Shown here in pieces: positions 35,982 to 46,565 of a DNA stretch of 64,000 bases. The DNA lies in contig JBBRNJ010000006.1 in the NCBI GenBank assembly GCA_038230375.1, positions 96,001 through 160,000 of the forward strand, written 5' to 3'. The notes under the pieces were generated by a model, which was not told where the DNA came from, searched no databases, and worked only from the letters and a program-made list of their open reading frames with translations. A program made the position numbers and the translations under genes. This stretch comes from Polyangiales bacterium. Lineage in GTDB: Bacteria > Myxococcota_A > Polyangia > Polyangiales > Polyangiaceae. Each line of letters begins with the position of its first letter. The stretch's first letter is position 1.

Positions 35982-37259
35982 ATGAAGAAAGCCTTTGCCG
36001 TCACCATCCCTCTCGCCGCCATGCTCGTCTTTGGCGCGTTCGCGTGCGCGGGCTCCGATCAGGTCCTGGGAGACGTGAACGCCACGGACCCCGACAGAGG
36101 CCCCGGTCTCCTCGGGTCTGATGGTGGCGGCACGAGCGACGGCGCGTCTCCGCTCATCACGGGCGACGGCGGCGCCACCTCCGATCTCGTCGGCACGGTC
36201 TGGGCACCGAACCAGATGGTCCCGATCGCGGGCGCCCTGGTCTACCTCACGAACCAGAAGCCCGCTCCCATGCCCACCGGCGTGTACTGCGACAAGTGCG
36301 TGCAGCTCTCGATGAGCCAGTACACGCTCTCAGGTCCCGACGGCACTTTCGATCTCCCCACCACGCTCACCGGCAAGCAGTTCCTGGTCGTGCAGAAGGG
36401 CGGCTTCCGCGTCGTGTCGGAGATCACGATCGCGCCTGGCAAGAACAAGCTCGCGAACGGCACCACCGCGCTGCCGCCGAAGACGGACCCGGCGCACTGG
36501 CAAGAGGTCCCGAAGATGACGGTCGTCGCGGGGCAGTACGACGACATCGAGGACTCGCTGCAGAAGCTCGGCATCGACCCCACGGCCATCGACATCAAGC
36601 AGAGCGCGCTCATCGGTCAGGCAGCAAAGGCGTTCCTCCAGGATCTGTCCGCCGTGCTTGCGCAGCAGATAATCTTCTTGCCGTGCGGCGACTACACCGC
36701 GGGCAACTCGGGGCTCGACCTCTCCACCGACCCCACGATCCAGGCCAATTTGCAGGCGTTTGTCTCAAAGGGCGGCCGCCTCTACGTCACGGACTGGCAC
36801 TACGATTTCATCAACCGCACGTTCCCGGGCTACGTGCAGTGGAACGGCGCCAGCAACACCGCGTGCTCCGGCTGCCTCCACACGTCGTACGACGCACCGG
36901 CCGTGGTGGAGGACAAGCCGCTTGGCTCATGGCTGACGGCGCAGAGCGTGGGCTCGTTCTCGCTGCTCCGCAACTACACCGTGATTGACGGCGTGAGCTC
37001 CGTCACGGGCGGGGATGCTGGCGGCGCTGGTGACGGCGGTGCGGTCGCGCCGAAGATCTGGGTGCGCGCGCAGCAGACCAACGGCAAGCAGACGCCTGCG
37101 ACCGTGAGCTTCGAGTACGGCTGCGGTCGCGTGATGTACAGCACGTACCACGCGGAGCCTGCCACGTTGGCGCTCACGCCGCAGGAGCGCGCGGTGCTCG
37201 GGGTCCTGCTGGACGTCAGCGTCTGCAACGACTCCTCCTCCGGCGTCATCGTGAAGTGA
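35982..37259 (+). CDS. Lipoprotein with a carboxypeptidase-regulatory-like beta-sandwich and an unknown C-terminal domain
   Basis: Lipobox GAFAC; GTVWAPN...PIAGALVY, DGTF.L, GQYDDIE, GGRLYVTDW.Y, CGRVMYSTYH. Confidence 0.75.
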   Translation: MKKAFAVTIPLAAMLVFGAFACAGSDQVLGDVNATDPDRGPGLLGSDGGGTSDGASPLITGDGGATSDLVGTVWAPNQMVPIAGALVYLTNQKPAPMPTGVYCDKCVQLSMSQYTLSGPDGTFDLPTTLTGKQFLVVQKGGFRVVSEITIAPGKNKLANGTTALPPKTDPAHWQEVPKMTVVAGQYDDIEDSLQKLGIDPTAIDIKQSALIGQAAKAFLQDLSAVLAQQIIFLPCGDYTAGNSGLDLSTDPTIQANLQAFVSKGGRLYVTDWHYDFINRTFPGYVQWNGASNTACSGCLHTSYDAPAVVEDKPLGSWLTAQSVGSFSLLRNYTVIDGVSSVTGGDAGGAGDGGAVAPKIWVRAQQTNGKQTPATVSFEYGCGRVMYSTYHAEPATLALTPQERAVLGVLLDVSVCNDSSSGVIVK

Positions 37260-37271
37260 AGGAGCACCACC

Positions 37272-38447
37272 ATGAACAAGCTGCTCTCTTCGTCGCTCGC
37301 GCTCGTCACGCTCACGCTCCTTGCCGCGCCATACGGGTGCGGTGGCAAGGGCTCCGCTGGCTTTCATGATCCCGCTGACGTCAGCGAGGCTGGGCCCTCG
37401 CTCTCCACTGCCGACGATGGAGGCCCGAGCGACAGCGACGCGAGCCTCTTCGCTGGCTGCGCGACCGCAACGCTGACAGCGTCGCGTACGCCGGTGATCC
37501 TGGAGCTGGTCGTCGACGCATCGGGAAGCATGAAGGGCGACAAGTGGACCGCGCTCGTCTCCGCGCTCTCCGCCATCTCCGACCAGATGCTCATGGAAGC
37601 CGACAAAAACCAGGGCGTTGGCATGCTCGTGTTCTCGGACACGATGGACAAGACCGTGGGCACCGGGCCGTATCCAGTAAGCGACGCGGACGGAACCACC
37701 AGGCGGAACGACGTGCCGATCGCGTTTGTCGATCAGGCCCAGCGCGACGCTCTGCGTGGGCGCATCGATCCACCCACGAACGCGTCGCTGGTGACACCCA
37801 CGCACGCCGCGCTGCTCGGCGGGTTCTCCGTGCTCGAGACCGCGAAGCCCGCCCCACCGCTTCCCGCGCATGCGAAGAAGGTCCTCGTCCTCATGACAGA
37901 CGGCGTACCCACGGACGACGGCAACGACGAGAGCCATCCGCTGGTGGCGAAGGAGGCAAGCCTTGCAGCGCCGCTTGGTCCGATCCAGACATTCCCCGTC
38001 GCCATCGGCGACTTCAACGACATCGATCCGGTCTGGATGGGCACGCTCGCGCAGGCCGGCGGAACCGCTCCCGCAGGCTGCACACCGACCGAGGCCAGCG
38101 ACGCGAAGAAGCTCTGCTACTTCCAGATCGTCCCGAACGGAAAGGCCGTCGCTGTGCTCGCGAAGGAGTTCCAGGACACCATCAACCGCATTCGCGCCCA
38201 GGCCACCTCGTGCGAGCTCGAGCTCCCGACCACTGGCGGCGCCGACCCGACGCACGTGAACGTGATCCAGGACGACGGCGCGGGTCACCGCACGCTCGTG
38301 CAAGAGGACGCGACGGATGGCTGGACCTACGACGACCCGAGCCACCCGACGAAGGTCATCTTGCATGGCGCCGCGTGCATGAACGCCACGACCGAGCTCA
38401 GTGGCAAGGTCGACGTCGTGCTCGGCTGCAAGACGGTGGTGAAGTAG
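37272..38447 (+). CDS. von Willebrand factor A (vWA) domain lipoprotein
   Basis: MIDAS motif VVDASGSM, TPT, LMTDGVP; C-terminal GWTYD...LHG.AC; GGAG RBS. Confidence 0.88.
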   Translation: MNKLLSSSLALVTLTLLAAPYGCGGKGSAGFHDPADVSEAGPSLSTADDGGPSDSDASLFAGCATATLTASRTPVILELVVDASGSMKGDKWTALVSALSAISDQMLMEADKNQGVGMLVFSDTMDKTVGTGPYPVSDADGTTRRNDVPIAFVDQAQRDALRGRIDPPTNASLVTPTHAALLGGFSVLETAKPAPPLPAHAKKVLVLMTDGVPTDDGNDESHPLVAKEASLAAPLGPIQTFPVAIGDFNDIDPVWMGTLAQAGGTAPAGCTPTEASDAKKLCYFQIVPNGKAVAVLAKEFQDTINRIRAQATSCELELPTTGGADPTHVNVIQDDGAGHRTLVQEDATDGWTYDDPSHPTKVILHGAACMNATTELSGKVDVVLGCKTVVK

Positions 38448-38858
38448 CTACTTCTGCAGACGTGAGCTCAGGAGCTCCGCGAGTGCCGTGCACGCGTCCA
38501 CTGTCGTGAAGATGCCAACGACCTTGTCGTTCTGCATGACGACCGCACTCCCGTACTTGTGAAGCGCCATCTCGCGCGCGACCTCATCGAGCGGCGCCTC
38601 CGGCGAGACGGAGTACACGGACTGGGTCATCGCATCCTCCACCGTTATCTTGTGCGCGTCGACGTCCTTCAGGGACTCGACGAGCCGTGCGTCGCGCTCC
38701 GTGATGAGACCCACGAGCTTGCCGCCGTGAAGGACCGGCAGGTGACGGATCTTGAGGTCCTGCATGACCGCGTGCGCCCTGGCCAGCGTCTGCTCCACAC
38801 CGATCGAGTGCGGAGATGAGGTCATGAATTTCTGGATGGTGGGGATCGACTTCGACAT
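38448..38858 (-). CDS. CBS-domain pair protein
   Basis: FMTSSPHSI, IRHLPVL..GKLVGLITERD, V..AMT, VVGIFT..D. Start ATG 38858. Confidence 0.9.
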   Translation of the reverse strand: MSKSIPTIQKFMTSSPHSIGVEQTLARAHAVMQDLKIRHLPVLHGGKLVGLITERDARLVESLKDVDAHKITVEDAMTQSVYSVSPEAPLDEVAREMALHKYGSAVVMQNDKVVGIFTTVDACTALAELLSSRLQK

Positions 38859-38953
38859 GGTGTCGTGCTGAAGCATGGCCCGTACCGCCGCATTTTCTGG
38901 CGGGATTCGGGCCTTGCGTGGCTGCAACGGTTGCGTACGCGCGCACGAGCTGC

Positions 38954-38969
38954 AGGCCACGGGTTTGCA
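38954..38969 (+). promoter_or_regulatory. Possible sigma54 (-24/-12) promoter for the RND operon
   Basis: AGGCCACGGGTTTGCA has GG-N10-GC with TTGC; the -24 half is a poor match to TGGCAC. Confidence 0.3.
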
Positions 38970-39068
38970 GCTCAGGTGCAATAAGTTGGACGCGGGGCGC
39001 GCCGGGTCGGATAAATGGGCGGGCGTCGCGCAGGATCTTCGCGCGTCTCGAAAGGTGATTCGCCCGCC

Positions 39069-42000
39069 GTGTGGATAGTTCGGCTCGCGCTCAGGCGTCC
39101 GTACACGTTCGTCGTGATGGCGATGCTCATCACGATCATGGGCGTGGTCTCCATCCTGCGCATGCCCACGGATATCCTTCCGGAGATCGACATCCCGGTC
39201 GTCGCCATCGTCTGGAACTACCAGGGCCTCTCCCCCCAGGAGATGGAGCTGCGCATCACCGGCAACTTCGAGCGCTTCCTCTCCACCACCGTCAACGACA
39301 TCTCACGCATCGAGAGCCAGTCGATCCAGGGCATCGCGATCATCAAGGTCTACTTCCAGCCCGGCGCGAAGGTGGAGGCAGCCGTCGCGCAGATCACGGC
39401 CATAGGACAGACCGCGCTCAGGCAGATGCCGCCGGGCGCAACGCCGCCGCTCATCATCAAGTACAGCGCGTCGAACGTCGCGGTCATGCAGGTGGCGCTG
39501 TCGTCGGAGTCGCTGCCCGAGCAGCAGCTCTTCGATCTGGGCATCATCGGCGTGCGGCCTCATCTCACGTCCGTGCGCGGCGTGCAGATGCCGTATCCGT
39601 TCGGCGGCAAGCAGCGCCAGGTCATGATCGATCTGGACCTGGGAAAGCTCTCCGGCTGGGGGCTCTCGCCGCGTGACGTGTCCACTGCGCTCAGCATGCA
39701 GAGCCTCATCCTGCCCACGGGCACGTCGAAGATCGGCGACATCGAGTACCCGATCTCCATCAACTCCAGCCCGGAGACAATCGCGGAGCTCGGTGCCATT
39801 CCCATCCGCAGCACGCCCGACGGTCGCACCGTCTACATCCGCGACGTGGCGCAGGTGCGCGATGGCTTCTCACCGCAGACCTCCATCGTGCACGTGGGCG
39901 GGCGAAGATCCGTGCTCATGCCGGTCTACAAGGCGAGCGGTGAGAGCACGCTCGCGGTGGTGTCGGGCGTGAGGGAGAAGCTCCCGATCGCCATGGCCAC
40001 GGTGCCGAAGGAGCTCAAGGCGGAGATCCTCTTCGACCAGTCGATCTTCGTGCGCGCATCGCTGGAAGGCGTTCTCAAGGAGGCGGCTACGTCCGCGGCG
40101 CTCACCGGGCTCATGATCCTGCTCTTCCTGGGCAGCTGGCGCAGCACGGTGATCGTCGTGGTGTCGATCCCGCTGTCCATCCTGGTCTCCGTGATCTTCC
40201 TCGGCGCGCTGGGACAGACGCTCAACATCATGACGATGGGCGGAATGGCGCTCGCGGTCGGCATCCTCGTGGATGACGCCACGGTGGAGATAGAGAACAT
40301 CCATCGCAACATCGGAAAGCACAAGCCGCTGGTGATCGCGATCCTGGACGGCGCACAGGAGATCGCTGTTCCCGCGTTCGTGTCCACGCTCGCGATCTGC
40401 ATCGTGTTCGTGCCGGTCGCGTTCATCACGGGCCCGGCGCGCTCGCTGTTCCTGCCGCTTGCGCTGTCCGTCGTGTTCGCCATGCTCGCGAGCTACCTCC
40501 TCTCGCGAACACTGGTCCCCACGATGGTTCGCTACCTCCTTGCGAAGGAAGTGGAAGACCACGCAAACCCGCACGCGCCTGGTTTCTTCGGTCGAATCCA
40601 CGTCGTCTTCAATCACGGGTTCGATGCGTTCCGGACCGCGTATGGGCATGCGCTCGCGTGGGCGCTCGGCGCGCGCATGGTTGTGGTCTCCGGTTTCGCG
40701 GTCTTCACCCTGGGCTCTGCGGCGCTGTTGCCCATGGTCGGTCAGGATTTTTTCCCCGAGGTCGACGCCGGTCTCATCAAGCTGCACGCGCGCGGGCCGT
40801 CGGGCACCCGCATCGAGGAGACGGAGCACCGCTTCGCCGATATCGAGGCCACGATTCGTCGCGTGATCCCGGGCAACGAGATCAAGACCCTGGTCGACAA
40901 CCTGGGCATCCCGATCAGCAGCATCAATCAGGTCACCAGCGACGGCTCGCTCGTCTCTTCCGCAGACGGTGAGATCCTGATCGCGCTCTCGGAGCAAAAG
41001 AAGCGTCCCACGAACGAGTACATGCGTGAGCTGCGCAAGGCGCTTCGAAGGGCGCACCCGGACACCATGTTCTACTTCGCGGCGCCGGACATCTCGAACC
41101 AGGTGCTGAACTTTGGTATCGCCGCGCCGATCGACGTCCAGATCTCCGGGCCCGTGTCGAACCAGGCGAAGAACGCCGATGTGGCTCGGGCGCTCCTGCC
41201 GAAGCTCGCGAAGATCCCTGGCGCCGCGGACGTGCACATCCACCAGGTGCTCGACCTCCCGCAGCTGCGCATCGACGTCGACCGCGCACGCGCATCCCAG
41301 TTGGGCCTCACGCAGCGCGACGTCGCGAGCGACCTGCTCACGTCGCTGGCGTCCAGCGGACAGGTCGCGCCCAGCTTCTTCCTGGATCGGACGCGCGGCG
41401 TGCAGTACCTGGTCGCCGTGCAGACGCCGCAGTACCGCCTGGACTCGCTCGCCGCGCTCGGGGCCACGCCCCTCTCCACGCCGTCCGGCAAGTCGCAGAT
41501 GCTGTCGAACATCGCGGACGTGCATCGCATCGTCGGCCCCGCGAACATCACCCACGCAGACACCATGCCCACGCTGGACGTCTACATGAGCGTGGATGGC
41601 GCGGACCTGGGCTCCGTCGCGAAGGAGGTCGATCGCGTCGTCGCGGAGGCCAAGGACAAGCTCCCGCGCGGCACCACCATCAAGGTGCGCGGCCAGGTGG
41701 AGAGCATGCGTTCGTCGTTCGAGGGGCTGGCCTACGGGCTCGTCTTCGCCGTGCTCCTCGTCTACCTCCTCATGGTCGTCAACTTCCAGTCGTGGCTGGA
41801 TCCGTTCATCATCCTCATGGCGCTTCCGGGCGCGATCGCCGGCATCGCCTGGATGCTGTTTCTTTCGCGAACCACCATCAGCGTGCCTGCATTGATGGGC
41901 GCGATCATGAGCGTGGGCGTTGCCACAGCCAACAGCATCCTCATGGTGACCTTCGCGAACGAGCAGCGCGCGCACGGGCGTGACTCCACCCACGCCGCGC

Positions 42001-42239
42001 TCGCCGCGGGCATGGTCCGGCTTCGGCCTGTGATCATGACGGCGCTGGCGATGATCATCGGCATGCTGCCGATGTCGATCGGTCTGGGTGAAGGTGGAGA
42101 GCAGAACGCACCGCTCGGGCGCGCGGTGATCGGCGGTCTCACGTTTGCGACCATTGCCACGCTCTTCTTCGTGCCCGTCATGTACAGCCTGCTGCGCAAG
42201 AAAGCGCAGACACACGACTTGACCCCGGAGCTTCAGTGA
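39069..42239 (+). CDS. RND-family efflux transporter permease (AcrB/AcrD/AcrF family)
   Basis: ALRRP, PEIDIP, LAVGILVDDATVEIEN, RLRPVIMT, PLGRAVIGGL; RND size and TM pattern. Start GTG 39069. Confidence 0.95.
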   Translation: MWIVRLALRRPYTFVVMAMLITIMGVVSILRMPTDILPEIDIPVVAIVWNYQGLSPQEMELRITGNFERFLSTTVNDISRIESQSIQGIAIIKVYFQPGAKVEAAVAQITAIGQTALRQMPPGATPPLIIKYSASNVAVMQVALSSESLPEQQLFDLGIIGVRPHLTSVRGVQMPYPFGGKQRQVMIDLDLGKLSGWGLSPRDVSTALSMQSLILPTGTSKIGDIEYPISINSSPETIAELGAIPIRSTPDGRTVYIRDVAQVRDGFSPQTSIVHVGGRRSVLMPVYKASGESTLAVVSGVREKLPIAMATVPKELKAEILFDQSIFVRASLEGVLKEAATSAALTGLMILLFLGSWRSTVIVVVSIPLSILVSVIFLGALGQTLNIMTMGGMALAVGILVDDATVEIENIHRNIGKHKPLVIAILDGAQEIAVPAFVSTLAICIVFVPVAFITGPARSLFLPLALSVVFAMLASYLLSRTLVPTMVRYLLAKEVEDHANPHAPGFFGRIHVVFNHGFDAFRTAYGHALAWALGARMVVVSGFAVFTLGSAALLPMVGQDFFPEVDAGLIKLHARGPSGTRIEETEHRFADIEATIRRVIPGNEIKTLVDNLGIPISSINQVTSDGSLVSSADGEILIALSEQKKRPTNEYMRELRKALRRAHPDTMFYFAAPDISNQVLNFGIAAPIDVQISGPVSNQAKNADVARALLPKLAKIPGAADVHIHQVLDLPQLRIDVDRARASQLGLTQRDVASDLLTSLASSGQVAPSFFLDRTRGVQYLVAVQTPQYRLDSLAALGATPLSTPSGKSQMLSNIADVHRIVGPANITHADTMPTLDVYMSVDGADLGSVAKEVDRVVAEAKDKLPRGTTIKVRGQVESMRSSFEGLAYGLVFAVLLVYLLMVVNFQSWLDPFIILMALPGAIAGIAWMLFLSRTTISVPALMGAIMSVGVATANSILMVTFANEQRAHGRDSTHAALAAGMVRLRPVIMTALAMIIGMLPMSIGLGEGGEQNAPLGRAVIGGLTFATIATLFFVPVMYSLLRKKAQTHDLTPELQ

Positions 42240-43522
42240 AGGACGGTGAAGAGGTGACGGAACCGCGGAAAGACAGCGGCGCGGACGCAGAGCTTGGCTT
42301 CGACCTTCCGAAGGTCGAGAAGGGCGGCATCTCCACGCGCGTGGTCGCGGTGCTCGCGCTGATTGTCGCCGTCATCGCAGCTGCGTTCGTGATCGGCTAC
42401 CTGCCACGTCGGGCGGCGCAGCTCGCGGCGGCCACGCAGGCGCAAGGCGACGAGTCCGAACGCGACGCGCTCAGGGTGGAGGCGCAGAAGCCCACGGAGT
42501 CTGCCTCCGATCGGGCGGTCGCGCTTCCGGGCTCCACGGCCGCGCTCGAGGAGACGCTCATCTATCCGCGGACCAGCGGCTACGTGCGGCGTTGGCTCGT
42601 CGACATTGGCGACAAGGTGAAGGAGGGCGATCTGCTCGCCGAGATCGACACGCCCGAGCTCGACCGGGAGATCGAGGCCGCACGCGCGGAGCTCCTGCAG
42701 GCGAACGCGCTCCTCGTGCAGGCCAAGGCGAACCAGAAGCTCGCGCACGTGACGGACGAGCGCACGAAGCGGCTCGCGCCCGCGGGCCTTGCCACGCAAC
42801 AGGAGTCGGACGAGAAGGCGGCTGCCGCGCAGGTCGCGGACGCGAACGTCGGCGTCGCGGAGGCCACGGCCACCGCACGTCAGGCAGCGCTGTCACAGCT
42901 CCTCGCCACGAAGGGCTTTGCGCGTGTGACCGCGCCGTTCGCCGGCACCATCACGGCGCGCACGGTGGAGCGCGGCTCGCTCGTGACCGGCGGCAACAGC
43001 ACGTCGCTGTTCCGCCTGGTGGCCACGGACACGATGCGCATCTACGTGCAGGTGCCGCAGGACCTGGCGGTGGAGGTCCGACCCGGCCTCGTGGCCAAGG
43101 TCACGCTGCGCGAGTTCCCCGGCCGCACGTTCGACGGCAAGGTCGCGCACACGCAGAGCGCGCTCGACGCGCAGTCACGCACCATGACCGCAGAGGTCCG
43201 CGTGCCCAACGCCGACGGCGCGCTCCTCTCCGGGATGTACGCAAACGTGTCATTTGCGTTACACGGCGTGCACCGGGTGTTCGTGCTCCCATCCAGCGCG
43301 GTCATCGCGGACGCGAAGGGTGTTCATGTGGCAGTCGTCGATGGGTCCTCGCGGATCACGTTCGTTCCCGTCGTGGTCGAGCACGACGACGGTCAGGTCG
43401 TCTGGCTCGCCACTGGTCTCACCGGGCAGGAGCTCGTGGTGAAGACCCCCAGCGCGCTGATCGCGGAGGGTCGGAGCGTGACGGTGGTGAAGCCAGCGAG
43501 CAGCGCCCCCAGCGACCACTGA
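42236..43522 (+). CDS. RND periplasmic adaptor (membrane fusion protein)
   Basis: N-terminal TM; RTSGYV...VDIGDKVKEG.LLA.I, TAPFAGTI..R.V..G; GTGA overlap with the permease. Confidence 0.93.
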   Translation: MKDGEEVTEPRKDSGADAELGFDLPKVEKGGISTRVVAVLALIVAVIAAAFVIGYLPRRAAQLAAATQAQGDESERDALRVEAQKPTESASDRAVALPGSTAALEETLIYPRTSGYVRRWLVDIGDKVKEGDLLAEIDTPELDREIEAARAELLQANALLVQAKANQKLAHVTDERTKRLAPAGLATQQESDEKAAAAQVADANVGVAEATATARQAALSQLLATKGFARVTAPFAGTITARTVERGSLVTGGNSTSLFRLVATDTMRIYVQVPQDLAVEVRPGLVAKVTLREFPGRTFDGKVAHTQSALDAQSRTMTAEVRVPNADGALLSGMYANVSFALHGVHRVFVLPSSAVIADAKGVHVAVVDGSSRITFVPVVVEHDDGQVVWLATGLTGQELVVKTPSALIAEGRSVTVVKPASSAPSDH

Positions 43523-43567
43523 CACCTTTTTTGTACTGCGCGCGCGGAATTGCGTCACCATGAACGG

Positions 43568-44299
43568 ATGGCGCAACCGTCCACGAGCGCGGCAGAAGAA
43601 CGCGTGCTCATCGTCGACGACGAGGAGGATCTCCGGAACCTGCTCGCCTTCAACCTGCGCGAGGCAGGCTTCACGGTCGACGTGTGTCGCACGGGCGAGG
43701 AAGGCCTCACGCTCCTCGAAGAGCGACAGCCGCGCGTCGTGGTGCTGGACCTGATGCTGCCGGGTATCTCCGGGACCGAGGTCTGTCGCAAGGTCCGCGC
43801 GAACCCGAAGGTCGCAGACGTTGGCGTGCTCATGCTCACGGCGCGTGGTGACGAGTACGATCGCGTGCTCGGCTTCGAGGTGGGCGCGGACGACTACGTG
43901 GTGAAGCCGTACAGCGTGAAGGAGGTGCTGCTCCGCGTGCGCGCGCTCTCCACGCGTGCCCAGGAGAGGCGGGTCGCTCGCACGGCGCGGGACACAGGCG
44001 CGCGCCATCGCTGGGAGGGGCTCGAGCTGGACCCCACGCGGCACATCGTCATGATGGACGGGGCCGAGCTCTCGCTCCGTCCGCTGGAATACAAGCTCCT
44101 CGCGATCTTCATGATCAACGCGGGCAAGGTCTACTCGCGCAGCGATCTCCTCACCGAGGTGTGGGGCATCTCGCAGGACACCAACACCCGCACGGTGGAC
44201 ACGCACGTGCGACGCCTCCGCGAGCGCCTGGGTCGCTACAGCGACGTCATCGAGACCGTGCACGGCTTCGGCTACCGCCTTCGCGAACCGCCAAAGTAG
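43568..44299 (+). CDS. OmpR/PhoB-family response regulator (PhoB-like)
   Basis: VLIVDDE, LDLMLP, MLTARG.E.DRV.G.E.GADDY.VKP; RTVDTHVRRLRERL, IETVHGFGY. Confidence 0.93.
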   Translation: MAQPSTSAAEERVLIVDDEEDLRNLLAFNLREAGFTVDVCRTGEEGLTLLEERQPRVVVLDLMLPGISGTEVCRKVRANPKVADVGVLMLTARGDEYDRVLGFEVGADDYVVKPYSVKEVLLRVRALSTRAQERRVARTARDTGARHRWEGLELDPTRHIVMMDGAELSLRPLEYKLLAIFMINAGKVYSRSDLLTEVWGISQDTNTRTVDTHVRRLRERLGRYSDVIETVHGFGYRLREPPK

Positions 44300-46063
44300 A
44301 TGCTCTCCTTCCGCGACAAGCTCCTCGCGAGCCATCTGCTCGTCGTGCTCGTCGTTGTCGCGAGCATCATCTTCGGCCTGTCGCGAGCGCTGTCCTCCGA
44401 TCTCGAGAACGAGCTGGACGCGCGCCTGGAGAAGGAGGCGCGCGGCACCACGGCGTGGTTCGCGGAGGCGGGAATGCGCCACCCCGACAAGATCACCGCG
44501 CGCATCGCTGCGATCGTGCACGCCCAGGTGACCCTTGCAGACAAGGATGGCCACGTCCTGTCCGACACCAGCTCGCCACCGGCGCTCGGCACGGAGTCCG
44601 AGTTCGAGGACGCGCGGAAGAACGAGATCGGAAAGGCCACCCGCCGCGTGGCCTCCGGCGACGAGGTTCATTTCGTGGCCGTGCGCGCGAGTGACGGACA
44701 CGTGCTGCGTCTCGCGTCCCCGCTCTCGGGCATTGCCGGGACGGTGAACAGGGTGCGCGACCGGCTGGTGGTCGCGTCGATCGGCGGCGTGGTGCTCGCG
44801 CTGCTCCTGGGCATGCTGTTCGCGCGGTTGTCGGTGCGCCCGCTCATCGCCATGACGACCGCCGCGGAGAAGCTGGCGCGCGGAGACTACGACGTGGACG
44901 CGCCCCGCACGAACGACGAGTTCGGCACGCTCGGTCGCACGTTGCTTCACCTGGCCTCCGAGCTGAAGGCACGCATCGGCGATCTCACGAGCGAGCGCGA
45001 TCGGCTGAGTGCGATCCTCCGCGGCATGGTCGAGGGCGTCCTTGTGTTCGACGCCGACGGCAAGGTGATCCTGGAGAATCCAGCTGCCACGCGCATGCTC
45101 AAGGGCGGCGTGCTGGGCAAGAGCCTGGATGACGCCATGGCGAACGCGACCGTGCGCGAGCACGTCAAGCGCTGCATGGCCCACGACTTCTCGCAGGCGG
45201 AGCTGGAGGTGCAGAACGGCGGCGCCACCCTGGTCGTCTACGTGAGCCCGCTGGGCGACGCCGACGACTCGCACGGCGTCGTGGTCGTCATGCGCGACCT
45301 CACGGAGGTGCGCCGTCTGCTCACGGTGCGTCGCGATTTCGTGGCGAATGTGTCGCACGAGCTGCGCACGCCGATCGCCGCAGTGCAGGGCTATGCAGAG
45401 ACCCTGCTGCAGAGCAAACCGGGCGCGGAGACGCAGAGGCAATTCCTGGAGATCATTTTTCGCCAGTCGCAGCGGATGGGCGTGCTCGTGCAGCAGCTCC
45501 TCTCGCTCTCGGAGATCGAGTCGCGCCGGCCCGAGGACACGGAGCTCGCGGCAGTGGACGTGGGGCACGTCGCCGCCGACGTGGTGTCTGCGGTGAAGGG
45601 GCGCGCGGGCGGCGTCAGCTCGGGCATCGAGATGCGCGTGCCCGAGGCAACGCTCGCGCTCGCTGATGCAGAGGGCCTGGAGCGCGTGCTCGTGAACCTG
45701 GTCGACAACGCGGTGAAGTACGGCAAGAAGGACGGCAAGGTGATCGTGTCTGCGGCGCGCGCAAACGGCCGTGTGCGGGTCACCGTGTCCGACGACGGCG
45801 CAGGCATCGAGTCGGTCCACTTGCCGCGGCTGTTCGAGCGCTTCTACCGCGTCGACGAGGGGCGCTCGCGCGAGAAGGGCGGCGCGGGCCTGGGGCTCGC
45901 GATCGTGAAGCATCTGGTCGACGTGATGGGTGGAGAGATCACGGTCGAGAGCGAGATGGGCAAGGGGACCACGTTCACGGTGTCGCTCGGCGTGCCGGTG
46001 GCGGCCTCAGGAGCACCGATCCCGTCCGCCATCGAATCGAAGCCTACGCTCACGACTTCTTAG
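44300..46063 (+). CDS. PhoR-like sensor histidine kinase (TM-HAMP-PAS-HisKA-HATPase)
   Basis: [53 protein letters not shown]. Confidence 0.93.
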   Translation: MLSFRDKLLASHLLVVLVVVASIIFGLSRALSSDLENELDARLEKEARGTTAWFAEAGMRHPDKITARIAAIVHAQVTLADKDGHVLSDTSSPPALGTESEFEDARKNEIGKATRRVASGDEVHFVAVRASDGHVLRLASPLSGIAGTVNRVRDRLVVASIGGVVLALLLGMLFARLSVRPLIAMTTAAEKLARGDYDVDAPRTNDEFGTLGRTLLHLASELKARIGDLTSERDRLSAILRGMVEGVLVFDADGKVILENPAATRMLKGGVLGKSLDDAMANATVREHVKRCMAHDFSQAELEVQNGGATLVVYVSPLGDADDSHGVVVVMRDLTEVRRLLTVRRDFVANVSHELRTPIAAVQGYAETLLQSKPGAETQRQFLEIIFRQSQRMGVLVQQLLSLSEIESRRPEDTELAAVDVGHVAADVVSAVKGRAGGVSSGIEMRVPEATLALADAEGLERVLVNLVDNAVKYGKKDGKVIVSAARANGRVRVTVSDDGAGIESVHLPRLFERFYRVDEGRSREKGGAGLGLAIVKHLVDVMGGEITVESEMGKGTTFTVSLGVPVAASGAPIPSAIESKPTLTTS

Positions 46064-46565
46064 ACATGGGGCAGGTGCACGACGCTGCCTGTGCGTCGCC
46101 GTCCGCGACCTTCTTCTGGGCGTCGGCGCAGCGCGTGTCGGTCGGTCCGGCGAGCCTGCAGATGGCTTCCTTCGCGTGATGCATGGACGTGACGGCGCGG
46201 CAGACCTGATCGCACGTCGAGAGGGCCTGTGCTCCTCCGCCCTGAGGCGCGACCTCGGGAGCCACGGGGCTGGGCGCAGGCCTGTCGGGTTGCGAAGTGC
46301 CGCTCGTCGGCGTGCTCGATGCGCTGGGTGTAGCTCCCGCCGCCGCCAATCCGCCATTGCCCGAGAGCGCCGCGCGCGCGCGTTCGAGCTCGGCCTGCGC
46401 CTCCTCCACGGTCTGCGGCTCCGCCATGCTGCTTCCTGGCTCGGTCGATGAAGGCGACTTTGGCGCGCTCTCCGCCGTTGCGCCGCCACATGCGACCAGC
46501 GTCGTCAACAGGAGCGCGCTCCCCGCGCCCCGGAAACAGCGCTCGGGCCGGTGCTGCTCACTCAT
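46050..46565 (-). CDS. Hypothetical lipoprotein with Cys-rich C-terminus
   Basis: LLLTTLVAC lipobox; C..VCRA..SM......IC.LAG....RC motif; start ATG 46565 overlaps the upstream stop. Confidence 0.7.
   Translation of the reverse strand: MSEQHRPERCFRGAGSALLLTTLVACGGATAESAPKSPSSTEPGSSMAEPQTVEEAQAELERARAALSGNGGLAAAGATPSASSTPTSGTSQPDRPAPSPVAPEVAPQGGGAQALSTCDQVCRAVTSMHHAKEAICRLAGPTDTRCADAQKKVADGDAQAASCTCPMSKKS

Noticed and set aside
39870..45913. Long minus-strand ORFs (781 aa and 884 aa) and similar Arg/Ala-rich alternative-frame ORFs throughout, e.g. 464-2266, 6184-8418, 12006-14063
   Set aside because: They overlap well-supported genes on the other strand or frame and have no motifs; expected artefacts of high-GC DNA.
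43568..46063. Assigning the symbols phoB/phoR
   Set aside because: The motifs are PhoBR-like, but there are no pst/phoU neighbours or clear Pho box, and myxobacteria carry several paralogous pairs.
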